A stretch of DNA of 63,898 nucleotides, filler included, from Octopus bimaculoides (Eukaryota): assembly GCF_001194135.2 (NCBI RefSeq). It is 7 parts of 7 records of this genome, joined end to end, with 100 filler letters (N's around TTAATTAATTAA, not from the genome) between each part and the next. Parts side by side here need not be neighbours in the genome. Positions count along the whole stretch, not along the records: positions 21,856 to 32,487 come from NC_068999.1; positions 32,588 to 44,086 come from NC_068990.1; 5 more parts are not named here. One strand, given 5' to 3'. The position numbers were made by a program, and so were the translations under genes. Below are positions 24,370 to 37,602 of this stretch, one piece after another; position 1 is the first letter of the stretch; every line of letters starts with the position of its first letter. The notes under the pieces are model-generated. The model did not search any database and had not been told where the DNA came from. It saw only the letters and a program-made list of their open reading frames with translations.

Positions 24370-24580
24370 TAGGCGCAGACAAGGCTGTGTGGTTAAGAAG
24401 CATGATTTTGCGACCACGTAGTTTCGAGTTCAGTCCCACTGTGTGGCACATTGTACAAGTGTTTTCTACCAATGTCACTGTGAGTGGATTTAGTGAATGG
24501 AAACTATGTGGAAGCCCGTGGTAAGAAGCTTGCGTCCCAACCACACGGTTTAGGGTTCAGTCTTACAGTGTAGCGCCTTA
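24370..24580 (+). mobile_element. SINE family B 5' half followed directly by a second head
   Basis: aggcgcagacaaggctgtgtggttaagaag...ggaaactatgtggaagcccgt|ggtaagaagcttgcg. Confidence 0.7.
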
Positions 24581-24879
24581 TTTATAACATAAACCAATAA
24601 TAACAAGATGGAGACTGAATTACTGAGCTGTGCATCAGCAACATGACAGAAATTGTAAATGTAACATTTGCTCGGCGAAGCTAAAAGGTCCACTATATAT
24701 CACGAACGTAATTTGTATGATTTATCGCAACTTCCTTTTCAGCCTGCAGCTAAAGCCATTCTGTTAAACTTTGGTCAATCTATCATTTGCACGGGGATGT
24801 TACTTGTAAACTAAGCCCACCTTCTTCTGTAGGTGAAAACTCGTTAACCAAGCATTTATCTTCTAATATTTATTCGAAG

Positions 24880-25310
24880 AAAGGCGGAGAGCTGGCAGAG
24901 TGGTTAGCACACCGGGCGAAATGCTTATTGGTATTTCGTCTGCCATTACGTCCAGAGTTCAAATTCCGCCGAGGTTGATTTTGCCTTTCATCCTTTCGGG
25001 GGTCGATAAATTAAGTACTAGTTACATACTGGGGTCGATCTAATCTACTGGCTCCATCCCGCAAAATTTCGGGCCTTGTACCTACTTCTATGTTTAACCC
25101 CTTGTGGGCAATAAAGAAATAAGAAACGTTAGCACGCCGGGCAAAATGCTTAGCGATACTTCGTCTGTTTTTACGTTCTGAGTTCAAATTCCGCTGAGGT
25201 CGACTTTGCCTTTCATCCTTTCGGGATCAATAAATTAAGTATCAGTTGCGTCCTGGGTCGCTCTAATCTACTGGGTCCATCCCGCAAAATTTCGGGCCTT
25301 GTGCTTAGAG
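24880..25310 (+). mobile_element. SINE family A tandem dimer
   Basis: Complete unit 24880-25127, then a second unit starting at agaaacgttagc and running into the gap. Confidence 0.85.
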
Positions 25311-26321
25311 NNNNNNNNNNNNNNNNNNNNNNNNNNNNNNNNNNNNNNNNNNNNNNNNNNNNNNNNNNNNNNNNNNNNNNNNNNNNNNNNNNNNNNNNNN
25401 NNNNNNNNNNNNNNNNNNNNNNNNNNNNNNNNNNNNNNNNNNNNNNNNNNNNNNNNNNNNNNNNNNNNNNNNNNNNNNNNNNNNNNNNNNNNNNNNNNNN
25501 NNNNNNNNNNNNNNNNNNNNNNNNNNNNNNNNNNNNNNNNNNNNNNNNNNNNNNNNNNNNNNNNNNNNNNNNNNNNNNNNNNNNNNNNNNNNNNNNNNNN
25601 NNNNNNNNNNNNNNNNNNNNNNNNNNNNNNNNNNNNNNNNNNNNNNNNNNNNNNNNNNNNNNNNNNNNNNNNNNNNNNNNNNNNNNNNNNNNNNNNNNNN
25701 NNNNNNNNNNNNNNNNNNNNNNNNNNNNNNNNNNNNNNNNNNNNNNNNNNNNNNNNNNNNNNNNNNNNNNNNNNNNNNNNNNNNNNNNNNNNNNNNNNNN
25801 NNNNNNNNNNNNNNNNNNNNNNNNNNNNNNNNNNNNNNNNNNNNNNNNNNNNNNNNNNNNNNNNNNNNNNNNNNNNNNNNNNNNNNNNNNNNNNNNNNNN
25901 NNNNNNNNNNNNNNNNNNNNNNNNNNNNNNNNNNNNNNNNNNNNNNNNNNNNNNNNNNNNNNNNNNNNNNNNNNNNNNNNNNNNNNNNNNNNNNNNNNNN
26001 NNNNNNNNNNNNNNNNNNNNNNNNNNNNNNNNNNNNNNNNNNNNNNNNNNNNNNNNNNNNNNNNNNNNNNNNNNNNNNNNNNNNNNNNNNNNNNNNNNNN
26101 NNNNNNNNNNNNNNNNNNNNNNNNNNNNNNNNNNNNNNNNNNNNNNNNNNNNNNNNNNNNNNNNNNNNNNNNNNNNNNNNNNNNNNNNNNNNNNNNNNNN
26201 NNNNNNNNNNNNNNNNNNNNNNNNNNNNNNNNNNNNNNNNNNNNNNNNNNNNNNNNNNNNNNNNNNNNNNNNNNNNNNNGTTAAATAACAGTACGCGAAG
26301 GGGTCTTTGTAGAAAAGAAGG

Positions 26322-26367
<46 letters not shown>

Positions 26368-26374
26368 GTCAGGT

Positions 26375-26532
26375 TTCCACACAGTTTTCGTCTGCCAAAT
26401 TTACTCACAAGACATTAGTCCGCTCGAAATTATATTAGAAAAAAAAAACTCGCCCAAGGTGCCGCACAGTAGGACTGAACCCGAACCACGTGGTTGCAAA
26501 GCAAACTTCTGAAGCACTAAACCACACCTCCG
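26375..26532 (-). mobile_element. SINE family B, 5' half
   Basis: cccaaggtgccgcacagtaggactgaacccgaaccacgtggttgcaaagc. Confidence 0.7.
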
Positions 26533-27037
26533 CTTGTATACATATGTGTGTGTGATATATTCATTTCTTTACTTTTCTAATTCGATCTCCTTGAATTTAA
26601 ACAGAGGTACAACTCTGCAAACATTGCACCGATTAGGACAAATTTCCCCAAGGACCATATTCTTGTATGAGAGCTTTCTATCTACAACTATCTTATCTGG
26701 ACAATAAGCAGAGTGAGGCTGTTGTGTTTTGTTATGCTATTATTTACAGGTGAATGAACTCTAGGCAAAATCTACTTATAAGGTAATAAAATTGACAATG
26801 TGTTGATTGAAAGAAGACCGTTAAGTGAATTTCATCAATAAAGGTTGCTGTTTGCTCCTTTATAATAATATGTCAGTTTGTGGCAGTGGTGGTGTTGGTG
26901 TTGGTGGTATGATGTTGGTGGTGGTGGTAGTGGTGGTGGTTGTGAGAGGTAAGTGAGAAGTAATTTGTACGCTGGCGGAAAGCGACTTGAAATAGAATTG
27001 GTTGAAATATTTTCTATTGTGCATTTAACCTGTTGTT

Positions 27038-27081
<44 letters not shown>

Positions 27082-27258
27082 GCTGTCCCTATGTATGTAT
27101 ATGTATACATATATATAGATTTATATCACATATACACATAGTTACATACATTTATACATTTATATACCTACCTACCTATATGTATATATGTTTATATATA
27201 TATATATATACATACACACTAATAGCAATTCGTATCTTTATACTGTGTGCATTAAATG

Positions 27259-27305
<47 letters not shown>

Positions 27306-27469
27306 NNNNNNNNNNNNNNNNNNNNNNNNNNNNNNNNNNNNNNNNNNNNNNNNNNNNNNNNNNNNNNNNNNNNNNNNNNNNNNNNNNNNNNNNNATATAT
27401 ATATATATATATATACATATAGATATATACTAGATATAATATATATGCACTTATGTATGTATGTATGTA

Positions 27470-27560
<91 letters not shown>

Positions 27561-28202
27561 GTAACTGGATAACTTATCACTTATTACTAAAAGTGGAATT
27601 ACATAATTCCTACAGTTGTATGTATTTAATTAAACGGAGTAAAGCGCATGTAGAAACATCTCAAAATACACGCAACCCATTCGTACTTACATCGCATATG
27701 TAAATGTTCAAATAATTTATCCATTTAATGGTTTCACGTCAGCATTTTGTAACCCATTCCCTTCAAATACATGTGAAACGTAAACATGTCCACGCGTTTA
27801 AAACAGTTTTATCACAACAACATGATTCCAGGTCCGATCGTACAATGCATGTATCTTGGGCAAATCTCGAATACCATAGCTTTACAATTTGTCATATATA
27901 TCTCAATAGCACCAAGACATTAATGATGCCAAAGATAATTTCAGCAAAACTGTTTATGATATAAATGTTTAAGCAAACAGGTGAGAAGTTAGGTGAAATA
28001 TATAAGGAGATGCCTATAAATAAAAACAAAGCGAAGATATTCTGTTACCTTACATAGGTTGCCTAATACTTTTATTATATTTCGGGAAAGTTTCCCCTTA
28101 TCAAATATAAGAAAAACAATTTAAGAGTTCGGAGAAAATGATTGTAGTTCAATTTGGTTTTAAAACCTAAGTGGATGAGGAAAAAATGAACTGCTAAAAA
28201 TC

Positions 28203-28279
<77 letters not shown>

Positions 28280-28940
28280 ACACACACACACGCACTTACA
28301 CACAAGCCAAATACAAAATAAAATGATAAATCTCGCTCCTCGTTACTGGGGAGTTGGTTTATAAAATTGCTGTTTCGTCCCAGTTTAGAAGCATTTAAGC
28401 ATTTGAGTGTGTGCGATATATAGTTGTTCTTCGCTCGACACCATTCCCGTTGGATAGATAAATGCTGGAGTCTCGCTCTTCCTTGAAGCTTCTTATTTAC
28501 TTCTGCTGATCTGGTCAACAGTTTCCCCGATAGTTAAGGTTAAATGAGGCATGTGGAATAAAATGTACTGTCAAGAGACACAATAAAACCAGGTCCAGGC
28601 CAATTTGAATTCAATATCTATGAGTTGACTTTAACAATGCTTTACATTATCTATTTACAAGTTCTATTTTAAGAAAAAGAAAAAAATATATTGCAAAAAC
28701 TAAAAGAATGAAAATCACACACACATACATATATACGCACACGGAAAAAAAATATACTCACACACGCACACAGACAAAGGCAAGAAACAAAACAAGCGAA
28801 AAGCAAATAGGTTGAGGCTAAATTGACAAGAAGACATTATGAGAAATTGTTTTATTTCCTTGATTTTGTATCTTTTTGGTTAGAAAAACAAAACGTTTTA
28901 GCTTGTGATAAACCATCCCTGGAATAAAACATTATTGCTG

Positions 28941-28971
<31 letters not shown>

Positions 28972-29860
28972 TGTATGTATGTATGTATGTATGTATGTGT
29001 GAATGTATACGCACACACACGTATATATACATATTTGAATATACGCATGCATTGTGAGGAACATTTATGTGTACATAGGTAATATGTATATATATACATA
29101 TGTGACCATAAATATATGTATACATACACAGACATATATACGTATATATATATATCTATATATATATTTATATGTATATATATATACGTACATATATATA
29201 TATATATATATANNNNNNNNNNNNNNNNNNNNNNNNNNNNNNNNNNNNNNNNNNNNNNNNNNNNNNNNNNNNNNNNNNNNNNNNNNNNNNNNNNNNNNNN
29301 NNNNNNNNNNNNNNNNNNNNNNNNNNNNNNNNNNNNNNNNNNNNNNNNNNNNNNNNNNNNNNNNNNNNNNNNNNNNNNNNNNNNNNNNNNNNNNNNNNNN
29401 NNNNNNNNNNNNNNNNNNNNNNNNNNNNNNNNNNNNNNNNNNNNNNNNNNNNNNNNNNNNNNNNNNNNNNNNNNNNNNNNNNNNNNNNNNNNNNNNNNNN
29501 NNNNNNNNNNNNNNNNNNNNNNNNNNNNNNNNNNNNNNNNNNNNNNNNNNNNNNNNNNNNNNNNNNNNNNNNNNNNNNNNNNNNNNNNNNNNNNNNNNNN
29601 NNNNNNNNNNNNNNNNNNNNNNNNNNNNNNNNNNNNNNNNNNNNNNNNNNNNNNNNNNNNNNNNNNNNNNNNNNNNNNNNNNNNNNNNNNNNNNNNNNNN
29701 NNNNNNNNNNNNNNNNNNNNNNNNNNNNNNNNNNNNNNNNNNNNNNNNNNNNNNNNNNNNNNGAGAAAGGTCTATATTATCAAAGAGAATGAGATGTCTA
29801 TATTAGAGAGACAGAGAGATCTTTATTAGAGCAAGAGCGTGGTCCATATTATAAGAGAGT

Positions 29861-29898
<38 letters not shown>

Positions 29899-30259
29899 TC
29901 GGTCTATGAGAGAAAGAGAGAGGAAGAGAGAAAGAAGGAGTGACAGAGAGAGAGAGAGGTCTATATTATTAGCGGGAGTGAGGGAGTGGAAGAAGGTCTA
30001 TACTATTCTACCTTTGTGTGTTAAAATCACAGGCACAATCGAAATGTTTCACATAATGATCAATAACTATGTTTTAAAAGATATATCGATAGATAGTTAA
30101 ATCGAAGTGAAATAACCTTCGTTAGCAAATAGCTGTGGAAGATACAGTTTTATTTTTTACGTGTTCCTGACCAAAACCTGTGGCCATGCTGGGGCAACGC
30201 TGTTATTCATTCTTTGCTATTAGGTTTGAATGCTTATCGGTGGTGTTATGAAAGTAAAC

Positions 30260-30466
30260 AGATACATGCACATCGGCCTGAAATTTTTGGGGAGGGGGCC
30301 AGTCGATTAGATCAACTCCAGAACGCAACTGGTACTTAATTTGTCGACCCCGAAAGGAAGAAAAGCAAAGTCGACCTCGACGGAATTTGAACTCGGAAAG
30401 TAAAGACAGACGAAATATCGCTAAACACTTCAGCCGGCGCGCTAACGTTTCTGCCAGCTCGCCGTT
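30260..30466 (-). mobile_element. SINE family A
   Basis: Core and head motifs on the minus strand. Confidence 0.85.
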
Positions 30467-30609
30467 TGGTATGTCATTCATATTACATTCATCTCATACC
30501 GTTTGTAAAGTATTTTTTGTGATCACATACAATGCCTATTTCATGTACGTTTAAAGGTTAACCCATACGAGTACCTTCTATCAAGTTTCCTCCTTAGTCC
30601 ATTTCTAAA

Positions 30610-30705
30610 TCTGATTTCACTCACAAAATACGAGTCGACCTGGAAATAAAGAAAATATCGTTTGCATAAGATAACACACTCTGGAATCGAACCCATGCTC
30701 CTAAC
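30610..30705 (-). mobile_element. tRNA-derived SINE head fragment (other family)
   Basis: Minus strand gttaggagcatgGGTTCGATTCCagag...ccaggtcgactcg, canonical B box. Confidence 0.45.
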
Positions 30706-30743
<38 letters not shown>

Positions 30744-31209
30744 NNNNNNNNNNNNNNNNNNNNNNNNNNNNNNNNNNNNNNNNNNNNNNNNNNNNNNNNN
30801 NNNNNNNNNNNNNNNNNNNNNNNNNNNNNNNNNNNNNNNNNNNNNNNNNNNNNNNNNNNNNNNNNNNNNNNNNNNNNNNNNNNNNNNNNNNNNNNNNNNN
30901 NNNNNNNNNNNNNNNNNNNNNNNNNNNNNNNNNNNNNNNNNNNNNNNNNNNNNNNNNNNNNNNNNNNNNNNNNNNNNNNNNNNNNNNNNNNNNNNNNNNN
31001 NNNNNNNNNNNNNNNNNNNNNNNNNNNNNNNNNNNNNNNNNNNNNNNNNNNNNNNNNNNNNNNNNNNNNNNNNNNNNNNNNNNNNNNNNNNNNNNNNNNN
31101 NNNNNNNNNNNNNNNNNNNNNNNNNNNNNNNNNNNNTATATATATATATATATATGTATGTATATGTATGCACACACACACACATATGTATATATATAAA
31201 GCAATAATA

Positions 31210-31428
31210 CGTGATTCCAAATTTTGGCTCAAGACCAATAATTTGGGGGTGAAGGGACTTGTCGATAACGTCGAAAAAATAAATACCAGTTGAACGTTCA
31301 ACTGGTATTTATTTTTTCGACTCCGAAAGTCGACGTCGGTGAATTTGAACTCAGACCGTTAAGACGGACGAAATACCGCTAAGCACTTTGCCCGGCGTGC
31401 TAACGATTCTGCCAGCTCACCGCCTTTG
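31210..31428 (-). mobile_element. SINE family A carrying an internal perfect palindrome
   Basis: Family A head and core; 52-bp palindrome at 31270-31321. Confidence 0.8.
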
Positions 31429-31444
31429 TAATAATTATCAATAT

Positions 31445-31650
31445 TTCTTTATTGCCCACAAGGGGCTAAACAAGGGGATTAAGTCGATTACATCGACCCC
31501 AGTGCGTAATTGGTAATTATTTAATCGACCTCGAAAGGATGAAAGGCAAAGTGGACCTTGGCGGAATTTGAACTCAGAACGTAACGGCAGACGAAAAACC
31601 GCTAAGCATTTCGCTCAGTGTGCAAACGGTTCTGCCATATCGCCGTCTTA
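31445..31650 (-). mobile_element. SINE family A (short internal deletion in tail)
   Basis: ttctttattgcccacaaggggctaaac|aaggggattaagtcg...gaactcagaacgtaacggcagacg. Confidence 0.85.
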
Positions 31651-32139
31651 ACGATGATGATGATAATCATAATAAAAATTGTATTATAGTGTATTTCTTT
31701 ACAAAGAATGGGAAAAAACCATATGAAATATGTAAATGTAAAATAGATTAGTAGCATGTCTAGTTTCATGTAGTTTGCAAGAAACACGTAAGTATAATTC
31801 CAAAAATCCAGAAGAATTATCTCCCAATGGGATTAACTAGAACTACCCCCTAAAAAAAAAAACAAAAACAAAAAGGAAAAAGAAAACAAAATGTATAGCG
31901 ATCGGTAAATAAAATATCGTTGAATCACGAGAAAACAATGAAGAATGTATTCAGTTCTGGATGGTATTGATTAGTTTGAAATAGCTGTTAGAAACTCTTG
32001 GGATTCGTTTTACACTTATTGCCCGCCTCCCTTCAAATGAAGTTAAAATAAACATTGATATTGATAGAACTGTCAGGATAGGATAATATTTACCAAATAT
32101 TATTTTCTCATACGAATAGTAAGAGATGAAATAACTTCA

Positions 32140-32189
<50 letters not shown>

Positions 32190-32307
32190 TTTGTGTGTGT
32201 TTGTTTTGTGTGTGTATGTATACGTACATGCGTGTATATGTAAATATATATGTATGCGTCCATAATGTATATACGTATTATACACATGTATTACATATAT
32301 ACAATAC

Positions 32308-32341
<34 letters not shown>

Positions 32342-32416
32342 TTGAATATATGACTATTTTTGATTATATATACTATATACAATGCACATACACATATAAA
32401 TACATATATCATACAC

Positions 32417-32460
<44 letters not shown>

Positions 32461-32487
32461 GCATATATATATATATATATATATATA

Positions 32488-32587
32488 NNNNNNNNNNNNN
32501 NNNNNNNNNNNNNNNNNNNNNNNNNNNNNNNTTAATTAATTAANNNNNNNNNNNNNNNNNNNNNNNNNNNNNNNNNNNNNNNNNNNN
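32488..32587. other. Scaffold-join linker
   Basis: TTAATTAATTAA at 32532-32543 inside Ns. Confidence 0.95.
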
Positions 32588-32786
32588 TATGTATTAAAGA
32601 AAGCAAAAAATAAAGCAAAATGATAGTGTTCAGTATGTTGGCCACAGGAATTTCTGTCAAAGAGACATGGTTGAACAAAGTTGTACCTCATCTCCCTCTT
32701 TTTCTCACATGTCCACTCTCACTCACTCACTCTCTATCTCTCTCTCTCTCTATCTCTCTCTCTCTCTCTCTATCTCTATCTCTCTC

Positions 32787-32832
<46 letters not shown>

Positions 32833-33132
32833 TTATTCACACTGCCACCATCAATATTACTACTTTTAATAAATCATCAACTCTCCTTAAATTTCTGTGT
32901 CTCTCTTTCTTCCTTTCTTTTTCTTTCCCTCTCTCTCTACCTCTCTCTCTTTCTCTCTCTCTGTCTTCACCACCGCCCTCACCGTCTCTATGCCTACTAT
33001 GACTGACCCCAGCACGAGTAATAGTAGAAGCGTCATTGAATAGTGAGAGAGGGGGTGAAAGTGTGACACAATAACGCACGGAAGGTTTTCGTATTTATTA
33101 TACACACACACACACACACACACATATGTATA

Positions 33133-33176
<44 letters not shown>

Positions 33177-33220
33177 CATATATACATATATATTTGTGTA
33201 TGTTGTGTGTGCGTGCGTGT

Positions 33221-33500
33221 GTAGTCTGGTGGTTAGAGTGTTACATTCGTCGTGGTGGTTTCAATTCCTAGATCAGGTGGTGCATTGTGTTCTTGAGAAA
33301 AACAATTCATCTCTCGTTGTTCTGTGATCACATCGACACCTGACGCGAGGTACACAGTGCACCTGTTCAGGCAAAGTCGATTTGATGGATGGAGGGATTT
33401 AACGTACGGAACATACTTTGATTGCTACAAACAAATTATTCGTGCAGGTTGTTCGGTAAAAGCTGTTCTCTCGTACGTCGTCTGCTACGGGAGAGTCCAG
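33221..33500 (+). mobile_element. tRNA-derived SINE, family E
   Basis: A-box-like gtagtctggtggttagagtg, B-box-like ggtttcaattcc, body with tgcacctgttcaggc. Confidence 0.6.
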
Positions 33501-33522
33501 CGTATGTATGCACGTATGTACA

Positions 33523-33558
<36 letters not shown>

Positions 33559-33676
33559 TATATATATGTATCTATATACATAGATGTATGAATTTATATA
33601 TGCAAATATATTATACATATTTGTACACACACACATATATATACATACATATGTATACATATATATATATGTGTAA

Positions 33677-33708
<32 letters not shown>

Positions 33709-34563
33709 NNNNNNNNNNNNNNNNNNNNNNNNNNNNNNNNNNNNNNNNNNNNNNNNNNNNNNNNNNNNNNNNNNNNNNNNNNNNNNNNNNNNNNNNNNNN
33801 NNNNNNNNNNNNNNNNNNNNNNNNNNNNNNNNNNNNNNNNNNNNNNNNNNNNNNNNNNNNNNNNNNNNNNNNNNNNNNNNNNNNNNNNNNNNNNNNNNNN
33901 NNNNNNNNNNNNNNNNNNNNNNNNNNNNNNNNNNNNNNNNNNNNNNNNNNNNNNNNNNNNNNNNNNNNNNNNNNNNNNNNNNNNNNNNNNNNNNNNNNNN
34001 NNNNNNNNNNNNNNNNNNNNNNNNNNNNNNNNNNNNNNNNNNNNNNNNNNNNNNNNNNNNNNNNNNNNNNNNNNNNNNNNNNNNNNNNNNNNNNNNNNNN
34101 NNNNNNNNNNNNNNNNNNNNNNNNNNNNNNNNNNNNNNNNNNNNNNNNNNNNNNNNNNNNNNNNNNNNNNNNNNNNNNNNNNNNNNNNATACATGTTAAT
34201 GTATCTGAGAGAAGTCATTTAGAGCCTTATTATTTAACACACTCACCGGTTCGATTTCCACTCATTTACTCCTTTATTTTCTTCTTTGTAAAATTTTCGT
34301 TGCGTTGATTCTGCGTTCTTTTTGTTTGTTTGTTTGTACGCATGTGTGAGCTTCTGTGTGCATGTGCATACATATATGTATGTATGCTTGTATGTATGTA
34401 TGCATGTATGTATGTATGTATGTATATATGTGTGTGTATGCATGTATGTGTATGCATATATNNNNNNNNNNNNNNNNNNNNNNNNNNNNNNNNNNNNNNN
34501 NNNNNNNNNNNNNNNNNNNNNNNNNNNNNNNNNNNNNNNNNNNNNNNNNNNNNTGCATATGTG

Positions 34564-34635
<72 letters not shown>

Positions 34636-34987
34636 TACCCATAATCTCATTTACTGTCATAGGGTATGACTGCGCAATCTGGTATCTGGTAAAGTCTCCC
34701 TTGTGGGCAAGGAACGTCCCAGTTTGGATGCAAATGCGAAAGTCGAAGGCAGGAAGCAAATTAAATAAAGTAGAATATGTGAAAGTAATTAAATATAAAA
34801 TAAATAAAGGAGTGTAAATAAAAGGGAGCACCTGAAAGTGGTTAAATACGGGATAGAAGTAAATATGGTGGTTAAGATATTAATATTATTAATATGGTGG
34901 TTAAGATATTAATATTATTAATATAGTGTCTACACTATTAATAGTATTAATATAGTGTTTACACACATTAATTAAAACTTTAAAGAC

Positions 34988-35345
34988 ACAGGCGTGACCG
35001 TGTGGTAAAGGGCTTGCTTTCTAATCAGATAGTTTTGGGTTCTGTCCCACTATCTGGCACCTTGGGCATATAGCCTTGGATAGACCAATGCTGGATGAAT
35101 CGATTTGCTAGACGTAAACTGAAAATAGCCCGTCGTATATATACATATATATGTGCGTGTGAATTTATATATATGTGTGTGTGTGTGTCAACACCGCTTG
35201 ACAACCGGAAATGGTTTGTTTTCGTCCACGTAACACAGCGTCTCAGCAAAAGACCCCGATACAATTAGTCCCAGGCTTTAAAATAATAAGTACTGGGTCA
35301 GTGCCCCAGCCTGACCGCAGTCTAATAACTGAAATAAGTAGAAGA
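34988..35345 (+). mobile_element. Older SINE family B copy
   Basis: caggcgtgaccgtgtggtaaag...ggcaccttgggc...aactgaaaatagcccgtcg...gaccgcagtctaataactgaaa. Confidence 0.75.
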
Positions 35346-35399
35346 TTCAAAAAAACGTAAAAGACAGTGAGTGATGTGTAGAACAAGAAATATTTAAAT

Positions 35400-35557
35400 C
35401 AGTGTTGCACAACGGCTATGCCACGGCGATGCTAGGTGTGCCGCAGTGCAACCTGAAAATATAATTTCTTTCCCCTTATATTGTTAGTTCAGGTGTGCCG
35501 CCGAAATTTTAAAAGAATATAAGCGTACCGCAAATGAAAAAAGATTGCGGAACACTG
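35400..35557. mobile_element. 158-bp hAT-type MITE
   Basis: TIRs CAGTGTTgcacaa / ttgcggAACACTG; 8-bp TSD atttaaat (35392-35399) / atttaaac (35558-35565). Confidence 0.75.
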
Positions 35558-36599
35558 ATTTAAACAGATGAGTACAGTCTGAAAGATCAAAGCATCGTAC
35601 GGGTAATTAACAATTTTGATTAAATATAAATTTGCCGTAATAAAAGAAAAAAAAAAAGAAAAAAAATTATTACTACCATAAATTGTTAGAAATAAGAAAA
35701 TAATTCGTAATTTGTGAAAANNNNNNNNNNNNNNNNNNNNNNNNNNNNNNNNNNNNNNNNNNNNNNNNNNNNNNNNNNNNNNNNNNNNNNNNNNNNNNNN
35801 NNNNNNNNNNNNNNNNNNNNNNNNNNNNNNNNNNNNNNNNNNNNNNNNNNNNNNNNNNNNNNNNNNNNNNNNNNNNNNNNNNNNNNNNNNNNNNNNNNNN
35901 NNNNNNNNNNNNNNNNNNNNNNNNNNNNNNNNNNNNNNNNNNNNNNNNNNNNNNNNNNNNNNNNNNNNNNNNNNNNNNNNNNNNNNNNNNNNNNNNNNNN
36001 NNNNNNNNNNNNNNNNNNNNNNNNNNNNNNNNNNNNNNNNNNNNNNNNNNNNNNNNNNNNNNNNNNNNNNNNNNNNNNNNNNNNNNNNNNNNNNNNNNNN
36101 NNNNNNNNNNNNNNNNNNNNNNNNNNNNNNNNNNNNNNNNNNNNNNNNNNNNNNNNNNNNNNNNNNNNNNNNNNNNNNNNNNNNNNNNNNNNNNNNNNNN
36201 NNNNNNNNNNNNNNNNNNNNNNNNNNNNNNNNNNNNNNNNNNNNNNNNNNNNNNNNNNNNNNNNNNNNNNNNNNNNNNNNNNNNNNNNNNNNNNNNNNNN
36301 NNNNNNNNNNNNNNNNNNNNNNNNNNNNNNNNNNNNNNNNNNNNNNNNNNNNNNNNNNNNNNNNNNNNNNNNNNNNNNNNNNNNNNNNNNNNNNNNNNNN
36401 NNNNNNNNNNNNNNNNNNNNNNNNNNNNNNNNNNNNNNNNNNNNNNNNNNNNNNNNNNNNNNNNNNNNNNNNNNNNNNNNNNNNNNNNNNNNNNNNNNNN
36501 NNNNNNNNNNNNNNNNNNNNNNNNNNNNNNNNNNNNNNNNNNNNNNNNNNNNNNNNNNNNNNNNNNNNNNNNNNNNTATATATATATATATATATATAA

Positions 36600-36639
<40 letters not shown>

Positions 36640-37067
36640 AAGCGTAAGTAAAATAGGAGAGTAAGTATTAAAGAAAGGGATTTGAATGGAGACAGCAATG
36701 GGAAGAGGTGAAAGGAGGAAAGAGGTGGGGTGGAGGAAAATGTTTTAGGCTGGTAAAACGAAAGGATAGAGTTTTAATATGGATGAAGAAGAATGTATAA
36801 AGCAGCCTCCATATGGTCATTTTCTTCAGAAAACCCATTACTTACATATTTTTTTTTGTGTGTGTATCAGCATATGGTAATAAGTGGAGGGAGGGTTAGA
36901 TGGACGGACGGACGGACGGACGAACGGATGGATGGATGGACCGTAGGGAAGCACAGAACGAGGGAGACAGAGATGACCAGAACCAGGGAGTAAAGTACTT
37001 GGTTGGTTGCCTGGATACTGATACACACACACACACAAACAAATATGAACATATGTATGTACGTGTC

Positions 37068-37102
<35 letters not shown>

Positions 37103-37567
37103 NNNNNNNNNNNNNNNNNNNNNNNNNNNNNNNNNNNNNNNNNNNNNNNNNNNNNNNNNNNNNNNNNNNNNNNNNNNNNNNNNNNNNNNNNNNNNNNNNN
37201 NNNNNNNNNNNNNNNNNNNNNNNNNNNNNNNNNNNNNNNNNNNNNNNNNNNNNNNNNNNNNNNNNNNNNNNNNNNNNNNNNNNNNNNNNNNNNNNNNNNN
37301 NNNNNNNNNNNNNNNNNNNNNNNNNNNNNNNNNNNNNNNNNNNNNNNNNNNNNNNNNNNNNNNNNNATATATATTTAAATATATATATATATATATATGT
37401 ATATGTATGTATATATATATATATATACATATATACATACAAGTATATGATATACTTGGGGTATATATGTATACATTCTTGTTTATGTGTGTGTGTGTCT
37501 ATAAGTACAAATACTTATGTAAAAGAAATCATACAATGACAACGAAAGTTATACACACATTATATAC

Positions 37568-37602
<35 letters not shown>

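Noticed and set aside
26750-26782. 33-nt cassette with good acceptor and AAG|GTAATA donor
   Set aside because: Stops in all three frames and no supporting context; expected by chance in AT-rich DNA
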